From Candidatus Norongarragalinales archaeon (GTDB lineage: Archaea > Micrarchaeota > Micrarchaeia > Norongarragalinales > Norongarragalinaceae): DNA of 64,000 nucleotides. The stretch lies in contig JAWABJ010000002.1 in the NCBI GenBank assembly GCA_038884755.1, positions 31,157 to 95,156 on the forward strand. Reading direction: 5' to 3'. Below the pieces are notes generated by a model. That model was given only the letters and a program-made list of their open reading frames with translations. It searched no databases and was not told the DNA's origin. Positions 1 through 8,532 of this stretch are shown here, in pieces. A program made the position numbers and the translations under genes. Numbering within the stretch: the first letter of the stretch is position 1; the number at the start of each line of letters is the position of its first letter.

Positions 1-480
1 TACGGCGCGTTGCAGGGGCTGAACAAGGCGGAAACTGCTGCGAAGTACGGCGAAGCGCAGGTGAAACTCTGGCGTCGGGATTATTCAGCCCGCCCGCCAG
101 CGTTAAGCGAGAGAGAGCGTTTGAAGCAAGCCGAGAATTCTTTGTTCGCTTCGATTCCTAAAAGCGAGCTTCCCGCAAGCGAGTCTTTGAAAGACACTTA
201 CGCGCGAGTGGTGCCTTACTGGAAGAAGGAAATCGCGCCGGCGATAAAAAACGGAAAGCGCGTTTTGGTTTCCGCTCACGGCAACAGCCTTCGCGCTTTG
301 GTAAAATACCTCAACGGCGTGAGCGACGAGGACATTTCTGAATTGAATATTCCCACGGGAGTGCCGTTGGTGTACGAACTGGACGATTCGCTAAAGCCTT
401 TGCGGCGTTATTACTTGGGTGACGCTGACGCGATTAAGAAAAAAATGAACGCGGTGAAAAACCAAGCTCGCGCGAGGTAA
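1..480 (+). CDS. gpmA: 2,3-bisphosphoglycerate-dependent phosphoglycerate mutase (5' end outside window)
   Basis: In frame from base 1: YGALQGLNK, ESLKDT, VSAHGNSLRAL and LNIPTGVPLVYELD are dPGM motifs. Confidence 0.95.
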   Translation, partial: YGALQGLNKAETAAKYGEAQVKLWRRDYSARPPALSERERLKQAENSLFASIPKSELPASESLKDTYARVVPYWKKEIAPAIKNGKRVLVSAHGNSLRALVKYLNGVSDEDISELNIPTGVPLVYELDDSLKPLRRYYLGDADAIKKKMNAVKNQARAR

Positions 481-483
481 AGG

Positions 484-1680
484 CTATTCCACTTGTTCGG
501 CTATACGCAGGAGTTGGTTGTACTTTGAAGTCCGCTCGCCCCTGCACGGCGCGCCGATTTTCGCGAAATCCGCTTCTAACGCGCAGGCGAAATCCGCAAT
601 GAATGCGTCTTCCGTTTCTCCAGAGCGGTGGGAAACGACAACCGCCCATTTTGCGTTCCGCGCGGCAACGAACGCCTCGAGCGTTTCCGTAATGGTTCCC
701 GCTTGGTTGGGCTTGAGGATGACGCCGGAACAGGCTTTTTTTTCTATCGCAACTTTAATGCGCTTGGTGTTGGTTACAGTCAAATCGTCCCCCACCACCA
801 ATGCAGTTCCACGAATTTTCTTCGTAAAAGCGGCGAAGGAATTGAAGTCTTCTTCGTAGAACGGGTCTTCGAAATACGCTATGCGAAAGGTTTTCTGCAA
901 ACGCACGTAGTGGTCTGCTAGAGCGTCGGCATGGTGCTTCGCCCCGTCGAGGTAGTAGTGGTTGTCCTTGTAGAATTGCGTGGCTGCGCAGTCCAAACCA
1001 AGCGAAACCTGCTTTTCATAGCCGCACTCGCGAACTGCTTTTGCAATAAAATCCAGCGCGTCGTGGGTGCTGCGCAGGGGGGGTGCAAAGCCGCCCTCGT
1101 CACCCACTCCCACACCCAAGCCGTGTTTTTGCAAGTCGGTCTTGAGTTGGTGGTAGATTTCTGAAACCGCCCTGACGCGGCCGCTCGTGGTCTTGAGGCC
1201 TTCGGGAATTATCATGAATTCTTGGATTGAAAGCCCGTTCTGGGCGTGCGCTCCGCCGTTTATCACGTTGGCGATGGGAACGGGAATTTTCCGCGGTTTT
1301 TTGAAAAACGCCCACGTGGGGGTGTGCCGTTGAAACGCGAGTGCCTTGAAAAAGGCAGTGCTGCACGCGACCAGAGTGTTTGCCCCCAACCGGCGTTTGT
1401 TTTTGGTCGAATCTTGTTTAAGGAGGAACGAATCGTATGACGCTTGGGTTTCAAAAACTCGTTCCTCGGCTTTTTTCAGCATGCTCGCGGCTTGCGAAAC
1501 TGCTTTTGTGGTTCCCTTGCCGTGGTAGCGGCTTCCACCGTCGCGCAATTCCACCGCCTCGTGCGCGCCCGTGCTGGCCCCAGAAGGCGCAATCGCTTTT
1601 TGGCCGTTTATTTCTACTTCAACAGTCGGATTGCCGCGTGAGTCCAGGACTTCGCGGGCTGTAAAGGAGGTTATTTTCAT
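484..1680 (-). CDS. eno: Enolase
   Basis: DSRGNPTVEV, PSGASTG, GDEGGFAP, VSHRSGETED, KYNQLLRI. Confidence 0.97.
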   Translation of the reverse strand: MKITSFTAREVLDSRGNPTVEVEINGQKAIAPSGASTGAHEAVELRDGGSRYHGKGTTKAVSQAASMLKKAEERVFETQASYDSFLLKQDSTKNKRRLGANTLVACSTAFFKALAFQRHTPTWAFFKKPRKIPVPIANVINGGAHAQNGLSIQEFMIIPEGLKTTSGRVRAVSEIYHQLKTDLQKHGLGVGVGDEGGFAPPLRSTHDALDFIAKAVRECGYEKQVSLGLDCAATQFYKDNHYYLDGAKHHADALADHYVRLQKTFRIAYFEDPFYEEDFNSFAAFTKKIRGTALVVGDDLTVTNTKRIKVAIEKKACSGVILKPNQAGTITETLEAFVAARNAKWAVVVSHRSGETEDAFIADFACALEADFAKIGAPCRGERTSKYNQLLRIAEQVE

Positions 1681-1719
1681 TTTACTACCACAGACACCAT
1701 CATTCCACTATTCGCCTGG

Positions 1720-2238
1720 TTAAATTCTTGTTTGGCGGGCGAAAACGCCCGCGTGTTTTTGCCTTCCAGTTATTTGCTCGAAAATTACTTGGCATATTTT
1801 CAAGCCGGGTTTCAACGCTATTTTAGAAGGGGAAAGGTTAGCTATTTCCAAAACTTGCCTGTTTTCAACGCCAGGTTGTATGAGGCTCGAAGAAACGTGG
1901 ACCAACAAACCCATTCTAGCCAACCTACTCCTTCCCTGCAACCAACCGCATAAATAAGGCGGCATTTTGATTTTTTCCCCAGTCAAGCCCAGGACGAGCG
2001 CGTTCGGCTTCAAAACAAGCAATTCCCCCCTCTTCAAAACAATTTTTTTCGTTTGTTCTTCCCACAAGAACGGCTTTTCTGTTATTTTCAAGTGTTTTTT
2101 CTTTTTTTTGAAAACACGGAATTCGTTTGAAAGCGTCAAATCCACAGAACACTCTCCAACATTTTGCCTTTCGAAAGGTGTTATTTTCAACTCTCCTTTC
2201 GTGATTTCCTTGAGAATCATGGTTTTGTCGAGAATCAT
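1720..2238 (-). CDS. dcd: dCTP deaminase
   Basis: SVDLTL, GRSRLARMGL, LEIAN, ICQVIF trimeric dUTPase/dCTP deaminase motifs. Confidence 0.85.
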   Translation of the reverse strand: MILDKTMILKEITKGELKITPFERQNVGECSVDLTLSNEFRVFKKKKKHLKITEKPFLWEEQTKKIVLKRGELLVLKPNALVLGLTGEKIKMPPYLCGWLQGRSRLARMGLLVHVSSSLIQPGVENRQVLEIANLSPSKIALKPGLKICQVIFEQITGRQKHAGVFARQTRI

Positions 2239-2338
2239 TTTTGCCCAACGCCAGCCCGCCGAAAGTGCGTTTAGTGGAAGTTCGGGGGGTGGGTATATTA
2301 TTGTTTTTTTTTAATAAAGCATTGCGGGTGGGTTTGCT

Positions 2339-2731
2339 TTGCGTTCGGGCAAAACAAGGGAACACTATTTGAAGCAGAAAAACCAGGCTTTTGCCTACTT
2401 TCGCGTGCGCAAGGAAGACGCCCCTGCCGTTTCCTCGGGCCAGTTTACGATTTTCGACTTCATTTCCAATTGCTTTTCTTTTTCAACGGCGCGCAAGCAA
2501 GTTGCCGCAGACGTTTTGACCGAACTCAAGGCGAGTGAGCTGACGTTCAAACAACTGCAGGAGAAACTGGGGACGCCGAAAAGCACGCTTTTCCTAGTGG
2601 TTTTGGCGCTCGAGCGGGCGGGTTTGGTGGAAAAACAGGGTAAGACGCGGCCTTTGCGCCTGTCTTCCGTTTTTTCTTCTGGTTTGGAGGCTTATGCTTC
2701 TTGGTGGCGCGGTTGGGCTGGCAAACGCTAA
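2339..2731 (+). CDS. Winged helix-turn-helix protein
   Basis: LTFKQLQEKLGTPKSTLFLVVLALERAGLVEK resembles a wHTH; GGTGG upstream of TTG start. Confidence 0.6.
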   Translation: MRSGKTREHYLKQKNQAFAYFRVRKEDAPAVSSGQFTIFDFISNCFSFSTARKQVAADVLTELKASELTFKQLQEKLGTPKSTLFLVVLALERAGLVEKQGKTRPLRLSSVFSSGLEAYASWWRGWAGKR

Positions 2732-2772
2732 CTTAATAATTTCTCTCGTGTTTAGAGCTTTGGTTTTTTTAA

Positions 2773-3177
2773 ATGGGCTTTTTCGACTCTTTATTCGGGA
2801 AGAAGGAAGTTGTTTCCCCCTTCCTTTATACGCTGGAGTGCTCGTTGCACCCGTTCCGCCTTGCAGCATTCAAGAACGATACTGTTGACTTGGAGGTGTG
2901 CGTGCGCAACAACTCCGACCGGCCGCTTTTGACTTCAATCGTAACCGTCTGTTCGAAGGCAATCGGGTTCGACACTATTGGCCTGCAACAGCAGCACGAG
3001 TCGCGCTTGGGCGAGCTGAAGCCGGGTGAAACTCGCTTTCTCAAGATTCCCGTGCATTCCACGCCCAAAAGCCAGCCGGGAAACTACAAAATCGCGGTTT
3101 TCGCGATTTCTCACTACCGCGATTACGCGCACATACTCAACGAAGTCAAGCGCACGCTTGAAGTTAGGGTGGCTTGA
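2773..3177 (+). CDS. Hypothetical protein, probable Ig-like beta-sandwich
   Basis: VRNNSD, LGELKPGET, PGNYKI pattern of Ig-like folds. Confidence 0.55.
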   Translation: MGFFDSLFGKKEVVSPFLYTLECSLHPFRLAAFKNDTVDLEVCVRNNSDRPLLTSIVTVCSKAIGFDTIGLQQQHESRLGELKPGETRFLKIPVHSTPKSQPGNYKIAVFAISHYRDYAHILNEVKRTLEVRVA

Positions 3178-3296
3178 GCGTCCTGAAATGCGGGCTTTGG
3201 CTTCCCCCTGCATACGTTTTTAAATTACTCGCAGAATAATACTCTTCACCGAGCGCGCACGTTCAAAAAGAGGCGTTTGAGGGGAGTTGATTTTTC

Positions 3297-3620
3297 ATGA
3301 CCGTAAGAGTTTCGCAGTTGATGGGAATGGACGTTTACACCGACACCGCTCAAATGGTCGGCCGGGTTTACGACGTGATTATAGATTTGCAAAAAGGCGA
3401 GGTAGTGCGCTTGACTCTCGAGCCAATCCGCGCGGCCAGCAAAGAGGAAGCAAAGCGCGTTTTCCGCGAAAAAACCATAATGTACAAGTCGGTCAAGGCG
3501 GTTGAGAAAATCATAATAATTTCTCCCAACGCAATCAAGGAGGCCGAAGAGCCGGAGCCGGCCGAGCCGCAAAAGCCCCTGCCTTACTCCTACCGCTACC
3601 GCCGGCCGTTGAGCAAGTAA
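3297..3620 (+). CDS. PRC-barrel domain protein (CdpB-like)
   Basis: VSQLMGMDVYTDTAQMVGRVYDVIID and SVKAVEKIIII are PRC-barrel signatures. Confidence 0.8.
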   Translation: MTVRVSQLMGMDVYTDTAQMVGRVYDVIIDLQKGEVVRLTLEPIRAASKEEAKRVFREKTIMYKSVKAVEKIIIISPNAIKEAEEPEPAEPQKPLPYSYRYRRPLSK

Positions 3621-3735
3621 CCCGTGCTCGTTTTTTTTTGTTTCCCCGCCTTTTTTAGTGTTAACGCGGTGTTTTGTTGCGCAACGCCGGTTTAAACTTA
3701 TTTTAGAGTAGCTTTTACAATGCTAGAAAAAGAGA

Positions 3736-3866
3736 TAGCGGGGGGAGGATTTCCATGCCTTTCGGCGTTTTGGACCTCCGATCTCCGGGTTATGAGCCCA
3801 GCGGGCACTCCTGGCTACCCTTGAGGCAAAAAATCCCTTAAGAAAAGAATTTCTTGTTACCCCGCT
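3736..3866 (-). tRNA. Initiator tRNA-Met(CAT) with two introns: 3821-3857 (position 9/10, 37 nt) and 3750-3768 (position 59/60, 19 nt)
   Basis: Removing both inserts gives AGCGGGG-TA-GGGTAGCCAGGAGTGCCC-G-CTGGG-CTCATAA-CCCGG-AGATC-GGAGG-TCCAAAT-CCTCC-CCCCGCT-A; A1-U72 pair and three G-C pairs in the anticodon stem; BHB-like junctions. Confidence 0.9.
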
Positions 3867-3903
3867 ACTAAGCCAGGACAACAACTAATGCCCGCCGAGG
3901 GTT

Positions 3904-4455
3904 TTAAGAATATTGTTCCGGCGGGGTTTCGCCGAGTTTCATTAAAACCGTTTCGGCCAGTTCCAGCCTTTTCCTGTAGTCGCCCAAAATCTTGCCGTTG
4001 TCGACCGCATTCATTTTTCCACTGCACTTTGGGCACTTGAACTGGTTTTCCATCGCAGTGTCGAAAGCCATTTTCCTGCAGTCTTTGCTGCAGCTGTAGA
4101 ACATCGTGTTTTCTTCCGCGGAAATGCGTTGGCGCAAGTCCGCGTACTCGCGTTTTTTGAGGGTGATGAAGTTTTTGAATGCGCGGTCGGTGTTCACGCG
4201 CCAAGTATAGGTAAACCAGCCCGTTTGCAGGTTCTTCTCGCGGTTGTATTCCACGATGCCGTGCTCGTGAAGCTGGTTGAGCAAAGCGCGAATTTCAGCC
4301 ATTTTGAACTTAGTCTTGTCTTCGATTTGCTCGTCGGTCGCGCCGTCGCCGATGCTTTCTACTACCTTGAGCCCTTTCATGCCAACAACGTCTTTGACGA
4401 ACGGAGTAATGCGTTTTACCCCCTCGCCAACCCCCCTGTTCTTCCGTGAAGGCAT
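3904..4455 (-). CDS. tfe: Transcription factor E (TFIIE alpha)
   Basis: TDEQI, GWFTYTW, zinc ribbon FYSC..C and FKCPKC. Confidence 0.92.
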   Translation of the reverse strand: MPSRKNRGVGEGVKRITPFVKDVVGMKGLKVVESIGDGATDEQIEDKTKFKMAEIRALLNQLHEHGIVEYNREKNLQTGWFTYTWRVNTDRAFKNFITLKKREYADLRQRISAEENTMFYSCSKDCRKMAFDTAMENQFKCPKCSGKMNAVDNGKILGDYRKRLELAETVLMKLGETPPEQYS

Positions 4456-4480
4456 GCAATTCTATTCGCAGTGAAAGCTT

Positions 4481-4993
4481 TTATAGTTTCGTTACTACTT
4501 TCTTCGAATTTTTTTGCGGGATTATTTTCATTTTCGCGTTCTTTCTTTTTTCCCAAAGTTTTTTTTCGCCTAGTATTTTCAGTAAAAACACTGCAAGCGC
4601 GGCGACTTCAGAGTGCGGTTGGCTGCCTATCGCGATGTTGAAGTCGCAAAGCTTGTAAACTTCGGCTGGAACTTTTTCCGCGCCTATCACGACGAGCAGG
4701 TTTTTAGTCTTCTTAAGGGCTTTCGCGTCCGCTTTAGTTCCGTACATGGTCAAGTGCGCCTTCAGTCCCTTGAAATTGCTTATGGTTTTCTTCCAGTCTT
4801 CGCGGTATTCTATTTCGAACGGCCCGCCCCACCTTTCAACCGCGTCGCGCACGCTTTTGAGCACGGTTTCGTCTTTTTCGCCGCTCAAAACGATTTTCCT
4901 GGCGCCGAACGCGCGCGCTACGAGCGCGCAGTGGGTCGTAATGCGCTTGTCTCTTTCCTTCCTGTGCCCCAAGCGGAGGACGGTAACGTTCGT
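4481..4993 (-). CDS. trm56: tRNA (cytidine(56)-2'-O)-methyltransferase; conserved N-terminus extends upstream of the called TTG to an in-frame ACG
   Basis: VTVLRLGHRKERDKRITTHCALVARAFGA, HLTMYG, IGAEKVP, QPHSEVAALAVFL. Confidence 0.92.
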   Translation of the reverse strand, partial: TNVTVLRLGHRKERDKRITTHCALVARAFGARKIVLSGEKDETVLKSVRDAVERWGGPFEIEYREDWKKTISNFKGLKAHLTMYGTKADAKALKKTKNLLVVIGAEKVPAEVYKLCDFNIAIGSQPHSEVAALAVFLLKILGEKKLWEKRKNAKMKIIPQKNSKKVVTKL

Positions 4994-5100
4994 TTTTTAC
5001 CACCAGAAAACAATTTTATAAGGCACGCGCAACCAAATTAATTCTTGCCTAGTAGCGATGGCGAAAGCAAGCCGCTTTCGCTAGTTGGCGAAGGCAGGGT

Positions 5101-5217
5101 GGGCCTGTAGCTCAGTTTGGCAGAGCACTCGGCTCTTAATCTTCCGGGTTTTTAGTGTTGAACCCTTAGAAGCGGGGAGCCACCGAGGAGTCAGGGGTTC
5201 AAATCCCCTCAGGCCCG
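5101..5217 (+). tRNA. tRNA-Lys(CTT) with canonical 37/38 intron (5139-5181, 43 nt)
   Basis: GGGCCTG/CAGGCCC acceptor, CTCGG/CCGAG anticodon stem, TTCAAAT T-loop; BHB with central helix CTCT/GGAG and bulges TAA, CCA. Confidence 0.95.
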
Positions 5218-5389
5218 CTTAATTGCTAGGGCTCAAACCCGAGCTTTCACGAGGTAGCGAAGGCACCAGCCCCCAGCTGTTGCTGGTTAGTGATTGTGAC
5301 GGCGTTAGCCACTCCGCCGGGGACTTAAAAACCCGCAATGCTTTTATTGGGCGGGTGCGTTTGTAGTATGCGGATTCTGTGAAGGTGGG

Positions 5390-5498
5390 TTGAACTGGTC
5401 GACTGCCGGCATTGCTGCTGGCCTTCTTCTCTTTTTTTGACCAGTTCTTTTCAATGGTTTTAGCGGCAGCTTTAATTGCCGCCTTCCTTAATCGTTGA
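5390..5498 (+). CDS. Possible ~35-aa membrane peptide interrupted at a T7 run
   Basis: GGTGG then TTG; removing one T gives MNWSTAGIAAGLLLFFDQFFSMVLAAALIAAFLNR, whose stop abuts the next ATG (TGAATG). Confidence 0.35.
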
Positions 5499-6284
5499 AT
5501 GAAGTTTGCTGCGACCCTGCTTTTGGTTTTTGCGGTCGTATTTCCGTACTACCTGCTTTCCAACGGCACGTTCTACCTTCCAGACGAAGCCATCGACGGC
5601 CTTTCTTTCGGGGCGGACGCTTCGCTGCAAAACTACTTCACCCACTTGTTCACGCACGTGGGGTTACAGCATTTGGTGGCGAATTTGCTTCCGCTCGTTT
5701 TCTTCGGGCTGTTGTTCGAAACCGCGGCAGGGTTTGTGCACGTCGTCGCCGTCTTCCTCCTTGCTGGAATTCTTTCTTCAGTGGTTTTTACCGCGCTGAA
5801 CCCGCTGGTAGTTTTGGTCGGCGCGAGCACGGGCGTTTCCGGCCTGATGGTCGCCGCGACGGCGTTGCGCCCAAAGAAAGGGCTGGCGCTGCTTTTGGCG
5901 ACGTTCCTGCTGTTGAGCGTTTCCCCCCAGCTAGTCTCCCTTTACAACGATTACCAATTGCAAAAGCTTTCGCAGGAGAAGGCACAACTGCAGCAGAATG
6001 TCGAATCGCTTTTGGCCCAGAACAAGACCTACGAGGCGATGGCCGTGCGCAAGACGCTCGGAGGAGTTGAAAACACACTATTGCAGACCACTTCCGGAAT
6101 AACGCGCGAGCGCGAAACTCCAACAGACTTGTTTGTCCATCTTTTGGGAGCAGTGTTTGGCGGCGCGTACGTTTTCGTTTTCTTGCGGAAAAAACTCGCC
6201 GGCGGGCTGGAAGAGTTTGCCGAAGTCGGGGAATTCATTTTCGACAAGGCCAGCTTCGTCCGCAAACGCAAAAACAAGAGTTAA
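5499..6284 (+). CDS. Rhomboid family intramembrane serine protease with a coiled-coil insert
   Basis: HLFTH..HLVAN, GASTG catalytic Ser, FVHLLG catalytic His, multiple TM helices. Confidence 0.85.
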   Translation: MKFAATLLLVFAVVFPYYLLSNGTFYLPDEAIDGLSFGADASLQNYFTHLFTHVGLQHLVANLLPLVFFGLLFETAAGFVHVVAVFLLAGILSSVVFTALNPLVVLVGASTGVSGLMVAATALRPKKGLALLLATFLLLSVSPQLVSLYNDYQLQKLSQEKAQLQQNVESLLAQNKTYEAMAVRKTLGGVENTLLQTTSGITRERETPTDLFVHLLGAVFGGAYVFVFLRKKLAGGLEEFAEVGEFIFDKASFVRKRKNKS

Positions 6285-6313
6285 ATTCTTTCGCCAACGA
6301 TTTTTTACTACGC

Positions 6314-6500
6314 GCGGGGTTGGCAGAGCAGCTATGCGTCCGACTGCAGGCCTGGCTTTTTCTTTAGAAAAGAAAAAGCCCGGTGCGGCAAAAAGAAACA
6401 ATAATTTTTCTTTGGCGCGGTACAACCACACCTTTCTTTTGAGAAAAGAAAGGGGTAAGGCAGCAATCGGAATAGACGAGTGCAACTCTCGTACCCCGCT
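6314..6500 (+). tRNA. tRNA-Cys(GCA) with a 116-nt 37/38 intron (6350-6465)
   Basis: GCGGGGT/ACCCCGC acceptor, U73, TCCGA/TCGGA anticodon stem, spliced loop CTGCAGA, ACGAG-TGCAACT-CTCGT T-arm; central helix CTGC/GCAG with bulges AGG, CAA. Confidence 0.9.
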
Positions 6501-6528
6501 TTATGGTTTGGTGTGTCCGGTGAAGTTA

Positions 6529-6939
6529 ATGTTTGAGAAGATTGAATTGCCGGTTCTTTCTCGCAGGTTGCTTCCAACAGAAAAAAAAGCGGTCATCGTT
6601 CGTTTGAACCGCGTGTTTAAGGAAAAGCCCGAGAAAGTGGGCGTTTCCGCGACGGCCGAAGAGTTGCTCGCCGCCCAAGAGGGTTCGACATTGCATCTCT
6701 TGAAAACTTTTTTTGAAGAACGCCGAATTCCAGTAATTCCAGTGTTGACGCGGGAGATTAGCGCAAAGCACGCCCGCGCGCTTAAGGCTTTCGAGCCACA
6801 CGCCGCGTTCCACGGTTCCCGGCGTTATAACGAAGCGTATTCCGCCCTTCAACGCGTTTTGCGGGAGAAGTCGATTTTTGCCTTGAACCAAACAGAAAAA
6901 CACGGGTTGAAGCACGTGTTTTTCGACATTCCGTTCTAA
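6529..6939 (+). CDS. Hypothetical K/R-rich protein
   Basis: ATG at 6529 preceded by GGTGA; the upstream part of ORF 6133-6939 overlaps the rhomboid gene and the tRNA. Confidence 0.55.
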   Translation: MFEKIELPVLSRRLLPTEKKAVIVRLNRVFKEKPEKVGVSATAEELLAAQEGSTLHLLKTFFEERRIPVIPVLTREISAKHARALKAFEPHAAFHGSRRYNEAYSALQRVLREKSIFALNQTEKHGLKHVFFDIPF

Positions 6940-7301
6940 GCCTTTTCTTTAACCGCGTTTTTCAACGCTTTCAAGCCGAGGAAAGCGCACTTGAGCCTGG
7001 CAGGCGAGATTTTCCCCCCCAGCATTTTCAAAACGGCCTTTTCGCCTGTCTTTTTCACTTCCGAAAGCTTCTTGCCTTCCAGAGACTCCAAAAGCATTGA
7101 TGCGGAGGCTTGGCTTACGGCGCAGCCTTGCCCGTCGAAAGACGCCTTTTCCACAACCCCGTTCTTGATTTTCAAATAAACCGTGACTTCGTCTCCGCAC
7201 AACGGGTTGTCCAAATGGCCTTGCGTGTCGGCGTCGTGCATCTTGCTCTTGTTGGGCGGCTTTTCGTAATAACGCAACACCGCTTCCGAATACATTTCCA
7301 T
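6936..7301 (-). CDS. sufU: SufU/IscU-type Fe-S scaffold or sulfur-transfer protein
   Basis: NPLCGD, GCAVSQASASM, RLKCA. Confidence 0.9.
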   Translation of the reverse strand: MEMYSEAVLRYYEKPPNKSKMHDADTQGHLDNPLCGDEVTVYLKIKNGVVEKASFDGQGCAVSQASASMLLESLEGKKLSEVKKTGEKAVLKMLGGKISPARLKCAFLGLKALKNAVKEKA

Positions 7302-7305
7302 GCTC

Positions 7306-8532
7306 TCAGCGCACTCCGAAAATCCTTTCCGCGTTCTTCAAAGCTTCCTCGAAACGTTCGACTTCGCCAGGCGTGTTGTAAGCGTAAAAGCTCGCGCGGC
7401 TGCTTGCGGCTACGCCTAGCGTTTGGTGTAACGGCATTGCGCAATGGTGGCCGGAGCGTATGGCTATTCCGTGTTCGTTCATGACGCTTGCAATGTCGTG
7501 CGGGTGGATTTTGTCATGGGTGAAAGCAACAGCTCCGACCTTTCTCTTTGCGTTCGCCGGACCCAGAATGCGCACGCGTTTGAACCTTTCTAGCGTGGAA
7601 AGCGTTTTTTCGGTGAGTTTTTCCTCGTGTTTCTTCACGCTTTCCAAACCCAGCTTCTGGAGGTAAGCCATCGCGGCCTTCAGGCCTACCGCGCCTTCGA
7701 CGTTCGGAGTTCCGGCTTCGAACTTCCAAGGCACTTCGTTCCATTCTGCCTTTTGCCTTTCCACCCTGCGAATCATGTCTCCGCCGCCCAAAAACGGGGG
7801 CATGGTTTCAAGCAATTCCCTCCGCCCGTAAACGACGCCTATGCCCATGGGCGCGAGCATCTTGTGCCCCGAAAAAACGTAGAAATCGCAGCCTATTTTC
7901 TTTACATCTACCTTCAAGTGCGGAACCGCTTGAGCGCCGTCGATTACCGTCGTGCACCCTTCGTCTCTCGCGGTTTTGCAAATTTCGCGAACGTCGTTTA
8001 CCGTGCCGAGTACGTTGGATGCGTGGGTTACGCTCACGATTTTCGTTTTTTTCGTTATTCTCCGCTCCCAATTTTCTTCGAGCTTGCCGTCGGGAGAGAT
8101 TTCAATGTAATCCAATCCCGTCCCGCGTTTTTGCTTGAGCAAGAGCCAAGGAACTATGTTGGCGTGGTGCTCCATTGCCGTTATCAAAACCCGGTCGCCT
8201 TTCTTGAGCGTGCTTTCGGCGAAAGAAGCGTTGATTAAATTCATGCCCTCGGTCGCGTTGCGCACGAAGATTATTTCGCCGGCGTCGGCTCCGATGAATT
8301 CCGCCGCGGCTTTCCTGGCGCTTTCGTACTCTTCGGTCGCATTTTCGCTAAGCTCGTAAATGCCGCGGTGCGGGTTCGCATTATGGCGTTCGTAATACTC
8401 TTCAATAGCGTTCAAAACTTGGGCCGGCTTTTGGGTCGTCGCGGCGTTGTCCAAATACGCGAGCGGCTTTCCCTTCCTGTTTTTTTTCTTGAGGAACGGG
8501 AAATCCCTTCGCACTTTCTCGGGGTCAAGCAT
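7306..8532 (-). CDS. sufS: Cysteine desulfurase, SufS type
   Basis: YLDNAATTQKP, FSGHKM, RSGHHCA. Confidence 0.96.
   Translation of the reverse strand: MLDPEKVRRDFPFLKKKNRKGKPLAYLDNAATTQKPAQVLNAIEEYYERHNANPHRGIYELSENATEEYESARKAAAEFIGADAGEIIFVRNATEGMNLINASFAESTLKKGDRVLITAMEHHANIVPWLLLKQKRGTGLDYIEISPDGKLEENWERRITKKTKIVSVTHASNVLGTVNDVREICKTARDEGCTTVIDGAQAVPHLKVDVKKIGCDFYVFSGHKMLAPMGIGVVYGRRELLETMPPFLGGGDMIRRVERQKAEWNEVPWKFEAGTPNVEGAVGLKAAMAYLQKLGLESVKKHEEKLTEKTLSTLERFKRVRILGPANAKRKVGAVAFTHDKIHPHDIASVMNEHGIAIRSGHHCAMPLHQTLGVAASSRASFYAYNTPGEVERFEEALKNAERIFGVR

Noticed and set aside
5225..5330. HDV-like (theta) ribozyme after tRNA-Lys
   Set aside because: TTCACG resembles L3, but I could not build P1, P1.1 and P2 in the required order by eye
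6133..6528. N-terminal half of ORF 6133-6939
   Set aside because: Runs through the rhomboid 3' end and tRNA-Cys; the RBS-supported start is 6529
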